Assembly (NCBI GenBank): GCA_044238605.1
Contig: JBIICY010000013.1
Location: forward strand, 1-35,526
Reading direction: 5' to 3'
Source: Patescibacteria group bacterium
GTDB lineage: Bacteria > Bacteroidota > Ignavibacteria > Kapaibacteriales > Kapaibacteriaceae
Length of the DNA stretch: 35,526 nt
Shown: piece by piece, positions 7,618-14,312 of the stretch
Layout: each line of letters starts with the position of its first letter
Position numbering within the stretch: position 1 is the first letter of the stretch
Translations under genes and position numbers: made by a program
Notes under the pieces: generated by a model
Told to the model about the DNA's origin: nothing
Seen by the model: only the letters and a program-made list of their open reading frames with translations
Databases searched by the model: none

Positions 7618-9522
7618 ATGTCTGCAACGTTACTGATCGCGTTGGCGATCGTTCTGCTACTTGTTATTGGTATGCGATTCGTACTACGAATCTTTGGAAT
7701 GGTGTCTATACCTGAAGACCGAATAGGTCTTGTCACTAAAAAGTTTGGTGGACCCCGCCTCGATGGCGATCGAATCATTGCTATAAATGATGAATCAGGC
7801 TTTCAGGCCTATACACTTGGGCCTGGACTCCACTGGGGATTCTGGCCATGGCAGTATTCAGTAGAGCGTAAAGAGTTCACTGTTATCCCGGAAGGTCATA
7901 TCGGTCTCGTGAATGCGAAGGACGGTAGCATCCCCGAGACGGGACGAATTCTTGGGCGCAGGGTAGAGTGCAATGATTACCAGGATGCAGTTGGATTTCT
8001 TCGCAATGATGGACAAAAGGGACGTCAGTCAGCGTTTATCCCGTCGGGTGTCTATCGTATCAACACCTATCTCTTCGATGTAACGGTTGTTCCGCAAGTA
8101 CACATCCAGGATAACATGCTTGGTGTTATCACGGCCTTGGACGGGGCTCCTCTCGAAGATGGTCAGATAGCCGGTAAGCTTGTTCCTAATGAGGTACACA
8201 ACAACTTCCAAGACTTTGATGCCTTTCTTAATGCTCACGGTAATCGTGGTCTGCAACAGCAGGTTATTCTCGCGGGTACATATAATCTCAACCCATGGGC
8301 AGTTACAGTTGAAGAAGTGAAGATGACCGAGATCACGATTGGCCATGTTGGTGTTGTGATTTCGTTCTTTGGTAAAGAGGGAGTTGATGTTTCTGGAGAT
8401 GGATTCCGTCACGGCAACCTTGTATCGAAAGGTCAGCGTGGGGTGCTCGCAGAGCCCCTTAACCCCGGACTGTATCCAATCAACCCATATACAACGCGTG
8501 TGGAGGTTGTGCCGACAACCAACCTCGTGCTCAACTGGGCGCTTGCGCGCACAGAGGCGCACAACCTGGACAAGAATCTCTCAACGATCACGGTCCGCTC
8601 AAAAGATGGATTCCAGTTCAATATCGATGTCTCACAGATCATTCACATACCACTTATCGATGCGCCTAAGGTAATCGCACGATTTGGGAACATCCATAAT
8701 CTGGTTTCTCAGGTACTAGAGCCAACGATCGGAAACTACTTTAGGAACTCGGCGCAGGACTCTGATGCCATCGACTTCCTCAGTAGCCGACAGCAACGTC
8801 AGGAAGAAGCGAAGACACATATATCTCGTGTGCTTGACGAATACAATGTGCAGGCGGTCGACACACTTATTGGTGACATCGTACCACCGGTTGAGCTGAT
8901 GAAGACACTCACAGATCGAAAGATTGCCCAAGAGCAGGAGAAGACCTTCGACGCCCAGCGTCTGGCCCAGGAGAAGCGTCAGGCACTTGCAAAACAGACT
9001 GCCGTTGCAGACATGCAGGCAGAGGTTGTAAAGGCAGAGCAGAGTGTAGCAATCGCCGAACAGGTGGCCGATGCATCCGTTAGAAAAGCAAAAGGCGAAT
9101 CACAATCGATCAAAATCGCTGCAGAGGCGAACTCAGAGGCTACAAGGCTTAAGGCAACAGGCGATGCGCAATCTGTAAAGATCTCTGCTGAGGCTGAAGC
9201 AGAATCCGTGCGACTGCGCGCTCAGGCAGAATCCACCCGCATCGCATTGACTGGTCAGGCCGAGTCGGAGTCTATCTTGGCAAAGGGCAAGGCCGTCGCA
9301 GAATCCTATCGTCTATCGGTCGAAGCTATGGGACCAGAGAACTTCACTGCGATGAAGGTCACCGAAGAGATCGGAAAGAACGGTATCAAGCTCATACCCG
9401 AGCTTGTTATCAACGGGGGAGGCAAGGAAGGGGGCGGCTCTACACCGGTAGACGGACTCTTGGCAATGCAGCTACTGCAGATGATGCAGGGATCGAAAGC
9501 AACGAAGAAACCTGCTGCATAA
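7618..9522 (+). CDS. flotillin-family SPFH/band-7 membrane protein
   Basis: N-terminal TM (LLIALAIVLLLVIGMRFVL). An SPFH-like domain follows. The long C-terminal coiled coil has Ala/Glu-rich flotillin repeats (AEANSEATRLKATGDAQSVKISAEAEAESVRLRAQAESTRIALTGQAESESILAKGKAVAE) and a Gly-rich tail. Size (634 aa) and layout match YqiK/FloT-type flotillins. Confidence 0.75.
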   Translation: MSATLLIALAIVLLLVIGMRFVLRIFGMVSIPEDRIGLVTKKFGGPRLDGDRIIAINDESGFQAYTLGPGLHWGFWPWQYSVERKEFTVIPEGHIGLVNAKDGSIPETGRILGRRVECNDYQDAVGFLRNDGQKGRQSAFIPSGVYRINTYLFDVTVVPQVHIQDNMLGVITALDGAPLEDGQIAGKLVPNEVHNNFQDFDAFLNAHGNRGLQQQVILAGTYNLNPWAVTVEEVKMTEITIGHVGVVISFFGKEGVDVSGDGFRHGNLVSKGQRGVLAEPLNPGLYPINPYTTRVEVVPTTNLVLNWALARTEAHNLDKNLSTITVRSKDGFQFNIDVSQIIHIPLIDAPKVIARFGNIHNLVSQVLEPTIGNYFRNSAQDSDAIDFLSSRQQRQEEAKTHISRVLDEYNVQAVDTLIGDIVPPVELMKTLTDRKIAQEQEKTFDAQRLAQEKRQALAKQTAVADMQAEVVKAEQSVAIAEQVADASVRKAKGESQSIKIAAEANSEATRLKATGDAQSVKISAEAEAESVRLRAQAESTRIALTGQAESESILAKGKAVAESYRLSVEAMGPENFTAMKVTEEIGKNGIKLIPELVINGGGKEGGGSTPVDGLLAMQLLQMMQGSKATKKPAA

Positions 9523-9547
9523 TAGACGATAACACGATGGTTCAACG

Positions 9548-9585
9548 CACCCTGGAGAGGTATGTATCTCCGGGGTGTGTTGTAT
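9548..9585 (+). terminator. possible terminator after flotillin gene
   Basis: caccctggaga / tctccggggtg forms an 11-bp stem with 1 mismatch and an 8-nt loop. It is followed by a T-rich tgttgtat stretch, which is a weak U-tract. Confidence 0.35.
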
Positions 9586-9637
9586 CAAGGTTGATAAAAT
9601 CTGAAGATGTCGGATATTCGCCCCTTACGAGGATTGT

Positions 9638-11041
9638 ATGAATAATGCGACGAATAACAAGGCGGTACTGTGGCGATTAGCAATACCTGTTATCATCTTG
9701 ATACTGTCTACGATTTGCTTCGAAGCAGGTGTTGTAGTGCAGCACAGACCCGACATTGCATCAGAGGGGCTGTTTATGCACGTACTCTACGCGATGAGTC
9801 TGTTCAAAGTCAATGGCATCAACCTTGGCGTGCCGGTATCTGGTCCAATCTGGGCAATTGATCTTCTCTACGTTATGTATTTCGCTGCTCCTGCCGTTTC
9901 AATCAGCGCAATTCTTGAGGCCGTGTTTCGTGTTGCACGGCTTAAGCTACGTTGGTTTCTACTGCGTGGTGGCCATGCGGTAGTGCTTGGTGCGGGACGT
10001 GCAACGTCGGACCTGCCGGCTATTCTCGATGCTGAAGTTGAGTCAAGGGGCTGGTTTGGACTTGTCCGCAAATCGGTTCCAATTGTTATCGCAGACAAAT
10101 CAGAGGATGCGCTGCTTCGCAATTCAACGAGTATGCTCAAGATGCATCTTGATGCAACCGATCCAGCAATTGTTGACACATTAAACATGCGTCGTGCTAG
10201 GGTAGTCATGCTACTCACCGATGATGATCAGGCGAACATCGACGTGTATTTCCGCTTGCGTGAACAACTATCGTCAGTGCCGGAGGAGAAGCGTCCTGTG
10301 GTCTTCATTCGTGTACGCGACATGGACCTGATCCGTGTGCTGCGTTCATACAATACCTCCCCGAAGACGCGGTTTTTTAACGTCCACATCGAAGGCGTCC
10401 GCTCGCTCTTTGCTCTCGATTCATCGATCACAGCAAGCGAATGGCTTGTGCACGCCCGCGAGACAAACGAAGCCCTGTCAAAGAACTGGGATGCTGTTAC
10501 GCGCATCAAGGACATGCAGCCTCAGCGCATCGTAATGGTTGGGTTTGGACGCTTTGGCCAGCACCTGCTCGCCGAAATGATGTTGAATAATGATGGACAT
10601 ATGACGAAGCACCTTGAGTCGCTGGCAATCATCAGTCCAGACGTCTTTCATGGATGGGCTCACTTTGAGCGTCTACTGCTGTGCAACATCACCAATAGCA
10701 GTGCTCTACCAAACCCTGAACTGCTCTCAGGCACTCATAGCGATGTAGGGCTGCTGCATTCGCTCGCTCAGGAGTCCGCTAACCGCAACACACTCTTTAT
10801 CATTGGCACCGATGATACGCCTGCAAACATTCAAGCAGCATCGGTTCTCCAGCGCTTCTGTGCGGCACACTCATCACAACATCCGTCGCGCTCCACTATC
10901 ATGGTGCGCACAAACATGTTCAGCATGGCACACGAGCGTCTGCTCCATTCAGGTACTTCAGAGAATGTAGACTACGTTCTCCTGCCAACGTATCATATCC
11001 TCGGTACGTACTTCAGTCGTCGTATCAGAGAAGCGCGGTAG
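9638..11041 (+). CDS. MthK-like two-TM ion-channel homologue with tandem RCK/KTN (TrkA-N) domains and a degenerate selectivity filter
   Basis: Outer helix LWRLAIPVIILILSTICF. The pore region is FKVNGINLGVP where K+ channels carry TVGYG. Inner helix IWAIDLLYVMYFAAPAVSISAIL. Two Rossmann GxGxxG motifs follow (HAVVLGAGRATSDL and IVMVGFGRFGQHLL). Confidence 0.55.
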   Translation: MNNATNNKAVLWRLAIPVIILILSTICFEAGVVVQHRPDIASEGLFMHVLYAMSLFKVNGINLGVPVSGPIWAIDLLYVMYFAAPAVSISAILEAVFRVARLKLRWFLLRGGHAVVLGAGRATSDLPAILDAEVESRGWFGLVRKSVPIVIADKSEDALLRNSTSMLKMHLDATDPAIVDTLNMRRARVVMLLTDDDQANIDVYFRLREQLSSVPEEKRPVVFIRVRDMDLIRVLRSYNTSPKTRFFNVHIEGVRSLFALDSSITASEWLVHARETNEALSKNWDAVTRIKDMQPQRIVMVGFGRFGQHLLAEMMLNNDGHMTKHLESLAIISPDVFHGWAHFERLLLCNITNSSALPNPELLSGTHSDVGLLHSLAQESANRNTLFIIGTDDTPANIQAASVLQRFCAAHSSQHPSRSTIMVRTNMFSMAHERLLHSGTSENVDYVLLPTYHILGTYFSRRIREAR

Positions 11042-11105
11042 AGAGCAGCGAGCAGCGAATAGAAAGCAGCGAGCAGCGAGTAGCAAACAGCGAGTAGCGA
11101 GTACC
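11042..11105. repeat. AGCGAGY heptamer satellite (9 units) beginning immediately after stop codon
   Basis: agagcagcgagcagcgaatagaaagcagcgagcagcgagtagcaaacagcgagtagcgagtaccgagt, followed by the hairpin gtttacttcgtaaac. Confidence 0.85.
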
Positions 11106-11112
11106 GAGTGGT

Positions 11113-11298
11113 TTACTTCGTAAACAATGATGCTACGATCTGGCGGATCTCGTCTTGGGGATGCTCTTCGTTCGTTACTTCGAACGTAGTGAGTTGCGAC
11201 TTTCCTTGGCGTACATCCTTCATCTCTTGAAGAACTGCAACGAATCTGTCAAAGAAGTCGTCGGAAGCATCTTCTAGTTGTTCCGTGGGTCGTGCCAT
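11113..11298 (-). CDS. 61-aa acidic protein in the antitoxin position downstream of a RelE/ParE-type toxin; candidate non-canonical antitoxin
   Basis: MARPTEQLEDASDDFFDRFVAVLQEMKDVRQGKSQLTTFEVTNEEHPQDEIRQIVASLFTK. Overlaps the toxin ORF by 25 nt. I see no HTH or RHH motif. The AGCGAGY satellite begins 8 nt after its stop. Confidence 0.4.
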   Translation of the reverse strand: MARPTEQLEDASDDFFDRFVAVLQEMKDVRQGKSQLTTFEVTNEEHPQDEIRQIVASLFTK

Positions 11299-11630
11299 AG
11301 GTCTTCATCCTCTATATCGATTAGTGATAGGTGAATTAGATACGCACGTTGCTGTGGCAATAGATCTGGCTGGTCTCTTTTCCGGTAAGCAAGATACAAC
11401 ACAAGAAGCCGCTTTCTTCGGTCATAAGCGTATAGTATTCGTAGGCCTGATCGTGCACCAGTGTGATGTAGTGCATCAGGTGCGCGAATCTTGCGAATGC
11501 CACCAAGTCCTCGCATAAGTGCGCCAGCCTCTGGCGCATGGACAAGTCGTTCTAGGAGCATCTGTAGCGATTCTTGTGTGAAGTAATCAAACATTGATTC
11601 ACGAAACGCTTTGCTAAATGCAATCCTCAT
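11274..11630 (-). CDS. RelE/ParE-superfamily toxin (HigB2/Gp49-like)
   Basis: C-terminal block GLRILYAYDRRKRLLVLYLAYRKRDQPDLLP fits the RelE/ParE/Gp49 core (YRIlY..d.....v.il...hRk). The longest ORF runs to 11816, but ATGs at 11630 (MRIAFSK...) or 11594 (MFDYFTQ...) give a family-typical 106-118 aa. The 5' end lies in repeat copy B. Confidence 0.55.
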   Translation of the reverse strand: MRIAFSKAFRESMFDYFTQESLQMLLERLVHAPEAGALMRGLGGIRKIRAPDALHHTGARSGLRILYAYDRRKRLLVLYLAYRKRDQPDLLPQQRAYLIHLSLIDIEDEDLWHDPRNN

Positions 11631-11710
11631 GGAAACATAATACAGTCGTGAACAGAAAGGTATATCTACGTTCACTGTGTATTGTGACAACCAAAACGTG
11701 ACAATTGGGG
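11557..11710. repeat. copy B of the ~155-bp direct repeat (partner 7354..7508)
   Basis: See copy A. Read on the minus strand, the core contains TTGTCA-16nt-TAGATA, a sigma70-like -35/-10 pointing into the RelE/ParE-like gene. An imperfect inverted repeat ACAGTcgTGAAC...GTTCACTGT is also present. The two copies bracket 7509-11556. Confidence 0.9.
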
Positions 11711-11854
11711 AGGGCGACTCAGTCCTCGTAATGCTTCTGCTTTCGCAGGATGACCTTCGCAACAACGACGAGTTGCTCGCTATATTTCTATGTGAGGCAT
11801 GATTACAATGAGACAATCAATAGTTTACTAATAGTAAACACACTATATTGCACA

Positions 11855-12166
11855 GTGTTTAACATCATTGCAAGAAAAACCATCCTTGTATACGCGCGGA
11901 GGTATCCCAAGGCATCGAATGCCTTGTTCGCGTGGTACTATGAGATTGTCAATGCAGACTACAAGAACTGTAACCAGTTAAAGGCAGACCATCCATCTGC
12001 GAGTATTGTAGGAGATGACCGCGTGGTGTTCAACATTATGGGTAACAAATACAGACTCGTTGTGCGTATTGTGTTTGCCTACCGAGCAGTGCAAATCAAA
12101 TGGTTCGGCACCCACAAGGAATACAATGAGATCGATGTTCAAACTATCGACCCAAGGAGAAACTAG
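11855..12166 (+). CDS. higB: HigB-family type II toxin (mRNA interferase)
   Basis: KADHPSASIVGDDRVVFNIMGNKYRLVVRIVFAYRAVQIKWFGTHKEYNEIDVQTI matches the HigB signature (..NRVVFNIkGNkYRLIv.i.y....vyIrfiGTHaEYDkID). A GTG at 11855 gives the family-typical ~104 aa. The ORF-track ATG at 11750 would add 35 non-conserved residues. Confidence 0.75.
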   Translation: MFNIIARKTILVYARRYPKASNALFAWYYEIVNADYKNCNQLKADHPSASIVGDDRVVFNIMGNKYRLVVRIVFAYRAVQIKWFGTHKEYNEIDVQTIDPRRN

Positions 12167-12168
12167 TC

Positions 12169-12525
12169 ATGGAGCTACGAGTCATCAAGTCCGCTAGGCA
12201 GTACAACGAGTATCTCTCGTGGGTAGACGAACAATTCGACAAGAACGTAAAGCCAACATCGCCCGCAGGACGCAAACTCGATGTGGCTCTGGCATTGATC
12301 AAGCTGTATGAAGATGAGCACTATGCCATCCCGCACCCCGATCCAATCGAGGCTATCAAGGCTCGAATGCAGGAAATGGGGCTCCGCAATAAGGACCTTG
12401 TTGGCATCATCGGTAGTAAGAGTTATATCTCACTCGTGCTTAACGGGCACAAACCACTTACTCTTGATCTGGCAAAGGCATTCCATAAGGTACTGGGCAT
12501 ACCAGCAGACGTGCTGCTGAAGTGA
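12169..12525 (+). CDS. higA: HigA-family antitoxin (C-terminal HTH)
   Basis: Starts 2 nt after the higB stop. PHPDPIEAIKARMQEMGLRNKDLVGIIGSKSYISLVLNGHKPLTLDLAKAFHKVLGIPADVLL matches the HigA pattern (PDPIEAIKFRMEQ.G..QKDLA...G.KS.VSEILNKKR.LTL.MIRKL...L.IP.EVL) from memory. Confidence 0.8.
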   Translation: MELRVIKSARQYNEYLSWVDEQFDKNVKPTSPAGRKLDVALALIKLYEDEHYAIPHPDPIEAIKARMQEMGLRNKDLVGIIGSKSYISLVLNGHKPLTLDLAKAFHKVLGIPADVLLK

Positions 12526-12631
12526 AGTTCGTTCGCGAGTGTGCCGAGATACCAGCTACTCGCTGTTCGCTACTCGCGGCGTTTTGACCGGTGTTACACG
12601 AATTTTTACGAGATTTACCAAGGTACGTGTC

Positions 12632-12943
12632 ATGAATGGACCATTTACGATGCTCGATCACAACGTGCAAGAAAGATTCAATCTGGAAGAGGAGGGTTCT
12701 CTGATGAATGAGCTCCTATCAGATGATATCGATCGACAGCGCATTGCTGCTGCGTTTGTGCGTGCTTCATACGATGCTCGAGCTCGAGCTCGAGAGCATG
12801 GTACCAAGCTTGTGTACATGATTGATGGCAAGGTACAGCTTCTAGATCCTGATTCTCCACTGCTACTGGATCTGTCACCATTGGTGCCAATAGTTAAACG
12901 GCTTTTTCCGCTGCCGCCTGAAATGGAGCCTAAAGGGTTCTAG
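12632..12943 (+). CDS. small hypothetical protein, paralogue of 13931..14221, with internally duplicated C-terminal motif
   Basis: MNGPFTMLDHNVQERFNLEEEGSLMNELLSDDIDRQRIAAAFVRASYDARARAREHGTKLVYMIDGKVQLLDPDSP... It shares the DIDRQR.AAA.VRA....R..AR..GT.LVY..DG.V....PDSP core with the 96-aa protein downstream. The ATG at 12632 is in frame within ORF 12539..12943. Confidence 0.5.
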   Translation: MNGPFTMLDHNVQERFNLEEEGSLMNELLSDDIDRQRIAAAFVRASYDARARAREHGTKLVYMIDGKVQLLDPDSPLLLDLSPLVPIVKRLFPLPPEMEPKGF

Positions 12944-12964
12944 CCAGAGAGCAAGCACACCTGC

Positions 12965-13033
12965 ATGGCACAACGCCCGCTCACCGATCTTACCGAACTT
13001 GTCGCAATCGCAGATCGGCTGTTTCCGCGGTAA
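12965..13033 (+). pseudogene. in-frame orphan C-terminal module (MAQRPLTDLTELVAIADRLFPR*) of the paralogue family
   Basis: Same reading frame as 12632..12943, with a single TAG between them. The sequence matches the C-terminus of the second paralogue (ELPDLTELLALADQLFPRNS). Confidence 0.4.
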
Positions 13034-13063
13034 TCCGTCTTCTGTGATCCGCAATCCAAACAT

Positions 13064-13567
13064 TTATTCGCTTTCGCGGGGTACCCCATCCCTATTGACC
13101 CAAGGAGTAACTAGTCTTGGAGCCTTCAAGATTTCTAAAGTCGAAGTATCAAGTTTTCCATCGTAGTATTTTCTCACTGCATCTTCAAAACACAAATAGT
13201 CGGTGCTATTCTGAAAGTTACTGTTTGTCATCACTACCGCGTAGAATAGTGTCATCGATGAATGAAACTTCAGATCATCAGGAAACCCAAATATTTCCTC
13301 GGCAGTTCTTCCTTCAACGTTGTACGCTAAGATCTTAGTTAACTCCAGAAGTCTCATTGAAAGCAATTCATCCCTTAAATAGTGTTCTGCCTCTTCGAGG
13401 TTAGCAATCTCGTATTTTTTGGCGGTTTCAGATTTTCCTAAGCCAGCTATTTGTGGGAAAACAAACCACATCCAATGGCTCGTTTTTTTACCAACTTTCA
13501 TTTCTGCCAGAACTTCTTGGTAGCAACTATCTTGAGCAGTCTTGAATCTGTTTAAATCGTATTTCAT
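13064..13567 (-). CDS. DUF1810-family protein, AT-rich (likely horizontally acquired)
   Basis: MKYDLNRFKTAQDSCYQEVLAEMKVGKKTSHWMWFVFPQIAGLGKSETAKKYEIANLEEAEHYL matches the DUF1810 N-terminal signature (L.RF..AQ...Y..AL.E...G.K.SHWMWF.FPQ..GLG.S) from memory. GC is visibly much lower than the flanks. Confidence 0.6.
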   Translation of the reverse strand: MKYDLNRFKTAQDSCYQEVLAEMKVGKKTSHWMWFVFPQIAGLGKSETAKKYEIANLEEAEHYLRDELLSMRLLELTKILAYNVEGRTAEEIFGFPDDLKFHSSMTLFYAVVMTNSNFQNSTDYLCFEDAVRKYYDGKLDTSTLEILKAPRLVTPWVNRDGVPRESE

Positions 13568-13661
13568 TTTCTGCGCTGTTCAGAAATGCTTGTATTGGTT
13601 TCAGGCTTTGCGTTTGAGTCGATTCGATTGATAGACCAGCCCAATGTTTAGAAAATAGTGA

Positions 13662-13934
13662 TTGTGCTGCTTCGATCTCGCAAAGGTGGGGCGCATGGCT
13701 ATTGAACGCACAAAACAGCTGATTGAAAACCGTGACTCATTTGCAATCGAGACCACAATGTCTGGAACGGTGCTTTCTCAAACACTAGGGCAGGCTGCTG
13801 ATGCTGGGTATTATATTGCAATCAAACTCCTACGAGTAGAGACAGTAGATGTGTCGTCCAAACGCGTTGCTAGACGCGTCCAACAAGGTGGACACGATAT
13901 TCCAATGGCAGATCAGATGAGGGGGGGGCAATGA
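13662..13934 (+). pseudogene. zeta-toxin-family (P-loop kinase) fragment lacking the Walker-A N-terminus
   Basis: AIERTKQLIENRDSFAIETTMSGTVLSQTLGQAADAGYYIAIKLLRVETVDVSSKRVARRVQQGGHDIP resembles the C-terminal two-thirds of zeta-toxin/AAA kinase domains (..FafETTLSG......L.....GY.v.l.yv.l...el...RV..RV..GGH.IPe). A stop sits immediately upstream in frame, the start is TTG, there is no P-loop, and a G8 tract sits at the 3' end. Confidence 0.5.
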
Positions 13935-14221
13935 GTGGACCATCTACGACGCCGAATCCCAACAACCGCAGATTCTCCTCAGTGGAAGGGGAGGACTCGA
14001 TCCTGAATGATCTACTTTCAGGTGACATTGATCGCCAGCGCATGGCCGCAGCTATTGTCCGTGCTTATGCGCATGCCCGTGAGCAGGCTCGCGCATACGG
14101 AACTACACTGGTCTACTCGAAGGATGGGGTTGTAACAGAATACCATCCCGACTCACCAGAGTTACCAGACCTTACAGAACTGCTCGCACTCGCTGATCAG
14201 CTCTTCCCGCGTAACTCGTGA
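13931..14221 (+). CDS. small hypothetical protein, paralogue of 12632..12943
   Basis: MSGPSTTPNPNNRRFSSVEGEDSILNDLLSGDIDRQRMAAAIVRAYAHAREQARAYGTTLVYSKDGVVTEYHPDSPELPDLTELLALADQLFPRNS. Its ATG overlaps the zeta-fragment stop (caATGa). Confidence 0.5.
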   Translation: MSGPSTTPNPNNRRFSSVEGEDSILNDLLSGDIDRQRMAAAIVRAYAHAREQARAYGTTLVYSKDGVVTEYHPDSPELPDLTELLALADQLFPRNS

Positions 14222-14247
14222 TTGGTAATTGTTCTTTCGCTGTTTCG

Positions 14248-14265
14248 GGCACGATGTATCGTGCC
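14248..14265. promoter_or_regulatory. palindrome GGCACGAT-gt-ATCGTGCC between convergent genes (a second copy lies at 30194-30211)
   Basis: Perfect 8-bp arms. The identical arms recur at 30194..30211 with an 'at' spacer. It is a bidirectional terminator hairpin or a dimeric regulator site. Confidence 0.4.
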
Positions 14266-14272
14266 GCTATGG

Positions 14273-14312
14273 CCACTCGGCACTCGCTACTCGGCACTCG
14301 CTACTCGGTACT
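14273..14312. repeat. heptamer satellite ACTCGSY x5.5 (reverse-complement orientation of AGCGAGY)
   Basis: ccactcggcactcgctactcggcactcgctactcggtactc, ending at the stop codon of the GT2 gene. Confidence 0.8.

Noticed and set aside
7509-11556. Considered the repeat-bracketed 4.2-kb segment as an integrative element or prophage remnant
   Set aside because: There is no integrase, recombinase or phage structural gene. The repeats look like duplicated TA promoter/5' regions rather than att sites. Kept only as a lower-probability alternative in the finding.
11750-11854. ATG at 11750 as the HigB start (138 aa)
   Set aside because: The extra 35 residues (MTFATTTSCSLYFYVRHDYNETINSLLIVNTLYCT) are non-conserved and would make the toxin far longer than family members. 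The GTG at 11855 gives the canonical ~104 aa and starts where family similarity begins (..FNIIARKTILVY). Left as an alternative.
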